NCBI GenBank assembly: GCA_000388065.2
Contig: KB932209.1
Origin: Fonticula alba ATCC 38817
Taxonomy: Eukaryota > Protista > Nucleariida
Length of the DNA stretch: 12,757 nucleotides
Direction: 5' to 3' (one strand)
The notes below the pieces were generated by a model. That model was not told where the DNA came from, searched no databases, and saw only the letters and a list, made by a program, of their open reading frames with translations. The first letter of the stretch is position 1, and each line of letters opens with the position of its first letter. Positions 9,120 through 12,757 of the stretch are shown here, piece after piece. The position numbers were made by a program, and so were the translations under genes.

Positions 9120-10601
9120 GCCTCCATCCCTTCTTTGGGCATTCCCCCTGGAGCGGTGTCGGGGTGCTGCGCCGAGGAGGGGTGCCGTGTTGCGAGAGGG
9201 GGGGGGGGGGGGCGACAAGGCGCCGAGCAGCGCGGTCATGGCGCGCGTAAGAGGTCGCCCGCTGACGGGCTGGCAAGGCATCGCCCGTGCGATCCTCCCG
9301 GCGCGATGCCCCCCACGACCACCACCGGGCGTGGCTCGGAAGTCGGCTCGGGAGAAGGATCAGGGCCAGTCGCGAGTCGGCCGAATGCCAGGTGGGCTTC
9401 TTTTTTTTTCCCGCGAGGTGCCTTCGCCCATGGTGCCCGTGGTGCTGGCGTCAGGACGGAGGGGAGGGCTTTTTTTCTCTTGGCGAAGTGGAAGCACGCA
9501 ACAAACAATGCCCATTGCGGGGAGCGGCCTCTCCTCGGTGGGTGGGACTCGGGCGGGGCGTGGAAGTCCCTCTGGGCAGGACGCCCGTCCTCGGGCCAAG
9601 GGAGGGGCCCCTGTCGCGGGGCCAGGGCCGTGTATGGGTGGCCTGGGTGCCGGGCTCTCGAGCGCCGGCGAACGGGCGGCCGCCCTTGGGCGTGCCGTTC
9701 CCCTGCCGCGATCGATGCGGGTTCCCGCCGGGAGGGCGAGTGGGTGCCATGTTTGGAGGCCTTTTGCTGCAGGGCGAGGGGAGGGGAGGACCCTTTGCAG
9801 CAGGCCGGGAGCCTGCTGGAGCCCCAGGTCGGAAATGCTCCCCACTCGGGCTTGGAGCCGGGCGGGCCCTGCCACGGCATCACGACCACGCCTGGGCTTG
9901 GGACCGGCGAAGCGCCGCATGCGGGGATCCCGACGCTCCGATGGCCTGATGGCGAGCACGGCATGGCCCCGACATGGCGCCCTGTGGGCGGGGTCTGTGC
10001 CGGGCGTGGGCTTATGCCGTGCCCCGAGGGTGGCAGGCGAAAAGTCGCCGGGTCCCCGGGGGCCGGGGGATGGGTTGCCTCGAGGAGGCCGGCTGGCTGG
10101 CCCGGGCCCTGGCACATCCCGGCGGTTCGACTGGCCCCCCCGGGCGGGATCTTCCGGCGACTGGCCCGAGGCCGGGCGCAGCTGCCAGCCCGGCACTCGG
10201 TCGGTCGGGCTATGGGCGCCAGACGCGCGGAAGCATGCGGGCCCCGAGACAGCTTTGCCCCGGGGGCTGCCGGTCGGCTTTCCGTGTTGCGTGGGCGAGA
10301 TGTGGCATCTGCTGCCCATTCGAAAGGACCCGGGGCTGGCAAAGGCATCCGGCCGGTGGATTTCTGTGGAGGGGCGTGTCGGGACGATGTGCCTCCGGCC
10401 TATGCCCGAGCAAGGGCCGAGGGGCAGGGGCTCGGGTGCGGAGGGCGGGGCCCGTCTACGGACTTGATCCACGTGGTGCCGCGGAATCTCCCCGGAGAGA
10501 GGGACCATTGCTCGGGCGGTGTGGCCGCCATGAGGGGTCTGGCGCCTTGGGGCGCTGGCCCGAAGCCCAGCTTGAGGCCGGTTTCTTGGCCATCGAGCAT
10601 G

Positions 10602-10620
10602 GCGCGCGCGCGCGCGCGCG
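10602..10620. repeat. (GC)n dinucleotide run
   Basis: 19 nt of alternating G and C. Confidence 0.9.
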
Positions 10621-11362
10621 GGGCAACCGGGTGCTCCTGCGGGCACATGGGCTTCCGGCAGCCGAGCGTACGAGGGACGGTGCCCGGCCCCTCGTGGCTG
10701 GTGGGAAAGGGGCGAGGGAGGGTGCCGCAGAGACCATGCACCGACGCCGGCGAGGCCCAGCCAAAGGCTCGGACTGGCAGACGAGCTGCCACCCCGGGTG
10801 GGGCAACTCCGCCGAGCCTCGGGCGCAGCAATCGAAGGAGGTGCTTGGCCCGGACGAGCTGCGGGGATGGCGGAAGATGGCCGATTGGAGGCGCAGCGAG
10901 ACTGGCTGGCGAGGGGGCGAGAGGCCGGGAAAGTGCTCCGATGTCAATGAGCCATAGCTGGGATGCCAGTGCCGAGCGATGGGCCGTCAGGCGACACGTC
11001 TCCCCTGCGGCCACTGGGTCTCGCGGGGGCCTGGCCGAAGGGCCGCCCGAGGGCTCATGCTCCGCCAGGCGGGCTCAGCGGGCGAGAGCGTGCCCCGGGC
11101 GGGTGCCGAGCGATGCCCCTTCGGGCGGCCGGGCCGGGGGACCACGAAGGCCAGGATGTGCAGGCGAATGGCGCGCCTCGAGCGCCATGGGGACCAGCCA
11201 AACTCCTGGCCCCTGAAGGATGGCCCGCTGCGTGGCAAGAAACGCCAGGCACATTTCGAGATCCGCTGGGGAGGAGGGGGCGGATCGCCACGCATCACGG
11301 CCCAAAGGGGCCCGATGGCGGAGAGGGCTCCCGACCCGGCCACGCGCTCGCGAGGGCCCGGG

Positions 11363-11683
11363 GCAGGTGGCCAGCCGCAGGACGATACGCCGGCCGCCTC
11401 GCGGCCGATCCCACCAGGCGAGGGGGAAAGGGGCATACATGGCCGCCCGGGGGCTGCTGGGCCCGGACGAGCCGGCCACCCGCTCGCCTTGATATCCGGC
11501 CACGCGCTTCATTCACGACGCTCTTCCGATCTGCAGGTGGCCAGCCGCAGGACGATACGCCGGCCGCCTCGCGGCCGATCCCACCAGGCGAGGGGGAAAG
11601 GGGCATACATGGCCGCCCGGGGGCTGCTGGGCCCGGACGAGCCGGCCACCCGCTCGCCTTGATATCCGGCCACGCGCTTCATT
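11363..11683 (+). repeat. Artefactual tandem duplication: 151-nt copy (11363-11513) + adapter + identical copy (11533-11683)
   Basis: Identical copies separated by CACGACGCTCTTCCGATCT. Confidence 0.93.
11514..11532 (+). other. Illumina adapter fragment CACGACGCTCTTCCGATCT
   Basis: Exact 3' end of the TruSeq/paired-end read-1 adapter (...ACACGACGCTCTTCCGATCT). Confidence 0.97.
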
Positions 11684-11984
11684 CTGTGGGGGCTGGCCCG
11701 GCGTCGGTGACCTGCGAGCCGGCGTGGCAGGCCCCGACGAAGGGGCAATCCGCGTGGCAAAGGGCCCGCTTCGCCACGAAGCCAGAGCGCCCGCTGATCA
11801 TGGCAAGGGAGAGGAGAGTCGGCCACTGCCGCGGCCGGAGCCCCGGAGCTGGGGTATGAGCCTGATGCGGGGAAAAGAGGCCCGGCCGCTCTCGCGCGGG
11901 CATTGGGTCTTTCCCATGGCTCTGCCTGGCGCCAGGGTGGAGGCATGTGTGTTGGCTGATCGGAGTCCCCCACCTGAGGCCCTT

Positions 11985-12291
11985 CCTTGGGGGGCGGTGA
12001 AGCCGGTGGTCCTTCTTGGCCTGGATCTCGGCCGGGCTGAGGGGTGCTGGGCGTCGGCCCGACGGCGCGACGCGATCTCTGATCGGTGGCCGCATGCATT
12101 GTCTGGGGGCCGAGACCCCGGGTGCGAGAGATCGGAAGAGCGTCGTGCCTTGGGGGGCGGTGAAGCCGGTGGTCCTTCTTGGCCTGGATCTCGGCCGGGC
12201 TGAGGGGTGCTGGGCGTCGGCCCGACGGCGCGACGCGATCTCTGATCGGTGGCCGCATGCATTGTCTGGGGGCCGAGACCCCGGGTGCGAG
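11985..12291 (+). repeat. Artefactual tandem duplication: 144-nt copy (11985-12128) + adapter + identical copy (12148-12291)
   Basis: Identical copies separated by AGATCGGAAGAGCGTCGTG. Confidence 0.93.
12129..12147 (-). other. Illumina adapter fragment AGATCGGAAGAGCGTCGTG
   Basis: Exact reverse complement of the 19-mer at 11514-11532; the classic adapter read-through sequence. Confidence 0.97.
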
Positions 12292-12757
12292 GATACAAGG
12301 CGCAGAGCATGCGGCAGTGTAGCAGGGTTCACACGGGTTAAGCCTAAGTCAAGTGAGTGAGGCTTGACGAAGGGTACCAGTGTGATCTGCCACCTGGTTA
12401 GTAACCTCTTGGCATGAAGGAGGGGACATACCAACCAGCGGTTCACGGTCGTCTGTTACCAGATGAGTCAGTAACTCGGCTTGAGACGAGTTAGTGGCAA
12501 GCGAAAATAGAAAGGAACTCGGATGTTAAAAAGGGTTCGAGAGGAAGCCTTAGAACAGGTGTTCGTCGGCCTAACTGGTGCTTCGGCTATACTTCCGTAT
12601 ACTCTTCGACACACAGCTGCTAAGGCTTTCGCTCTCAGGAGGCTCTCAACGAGAGTCCCCCTTTTTGACCTTTGGGCTCGGTCAGGGGTTGGAACTGAGA
12701 ACCCCGCGGCTGGGCCCGCCCACCCGCGTATCTCCGTCCTCGGTCGAGCGTTTATGC
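12292..12757. other. Low-GC, hairpin-dense segment of unknown identity (structured RNA, mobile element end or foreign DNA)
   Basis: 188/360 GC by hand count for 12301-12660, versus about 70-80% in the flank. Multiple stems are visible by eye. Confidence 0.5.

Noticed and set aside
7555-9276. 573-aa antisense ORF over the kinase
   Set aside because: Same-register shadow ORF that also runs through introns; low complexity.
11363-12291. Repeat-spacer-repeat pattern as CRISPR array or element with terminal repeats
   Set aside because: The 19-nt spacers are exact Illumina adapter sequence, there are only two copies of each unit, and no cas or transposase is present.
12392-12403. Minus-strand TACTAAC-CAG branch point plus acceptor
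   Set aside because: No convincing downstream exon, and the spacing differs from most introns in this window.
12453-12510. Hammerhead-ribozyme-like arrangement (CAGATGA - hairpin - GAAA, with CTGTT/AATAG stem III)
   Set aside because: The core is CAGAUGA rather than CUGANGA, stem I has no room (1 nt), and extra bases precede GAAA.
12512-12522. AAGGAACTCGG resembling a conserved 23S/LSU rRNA motif
   Set aside because: Only 11 nt match and the flanks do not continue the rRNA sequence.

Overview
GC-rich eukaryotic DNA with spliceosomal introns (donors GTATGC/GTACGC/GTACGT/GTGCGT, CTGAC/CTAAC branch points) and many homopolymers and microsatellites. The gene style recalls the amoeboid opisthokont Fonticula alba; this is recognition from memory, not a search result. 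One large multi-exon + strand gene (about 1188-9003, about 2244 aa in my model) dominates. It encodes a signal peptide, two unrecognised globular ectodomains each followed by furin-like Cys-rich repeats, a single TM helix, and a non-RD (HCD) TKL-type Ser/Thr kinase. A 46-N gap obscures the first exon junction. Region 9004-11362 has no convincing gene. Two perfect tandem duplications (151 and 144 nt) are each separated by a 19-nt Illumina adapter fragment and are assembly artefacts. The last ~465 nt are about 52% GC (flank about 70-80%), dense in hairpins and of unknown nature. Most ORFs in the track are GC-driven shadows.
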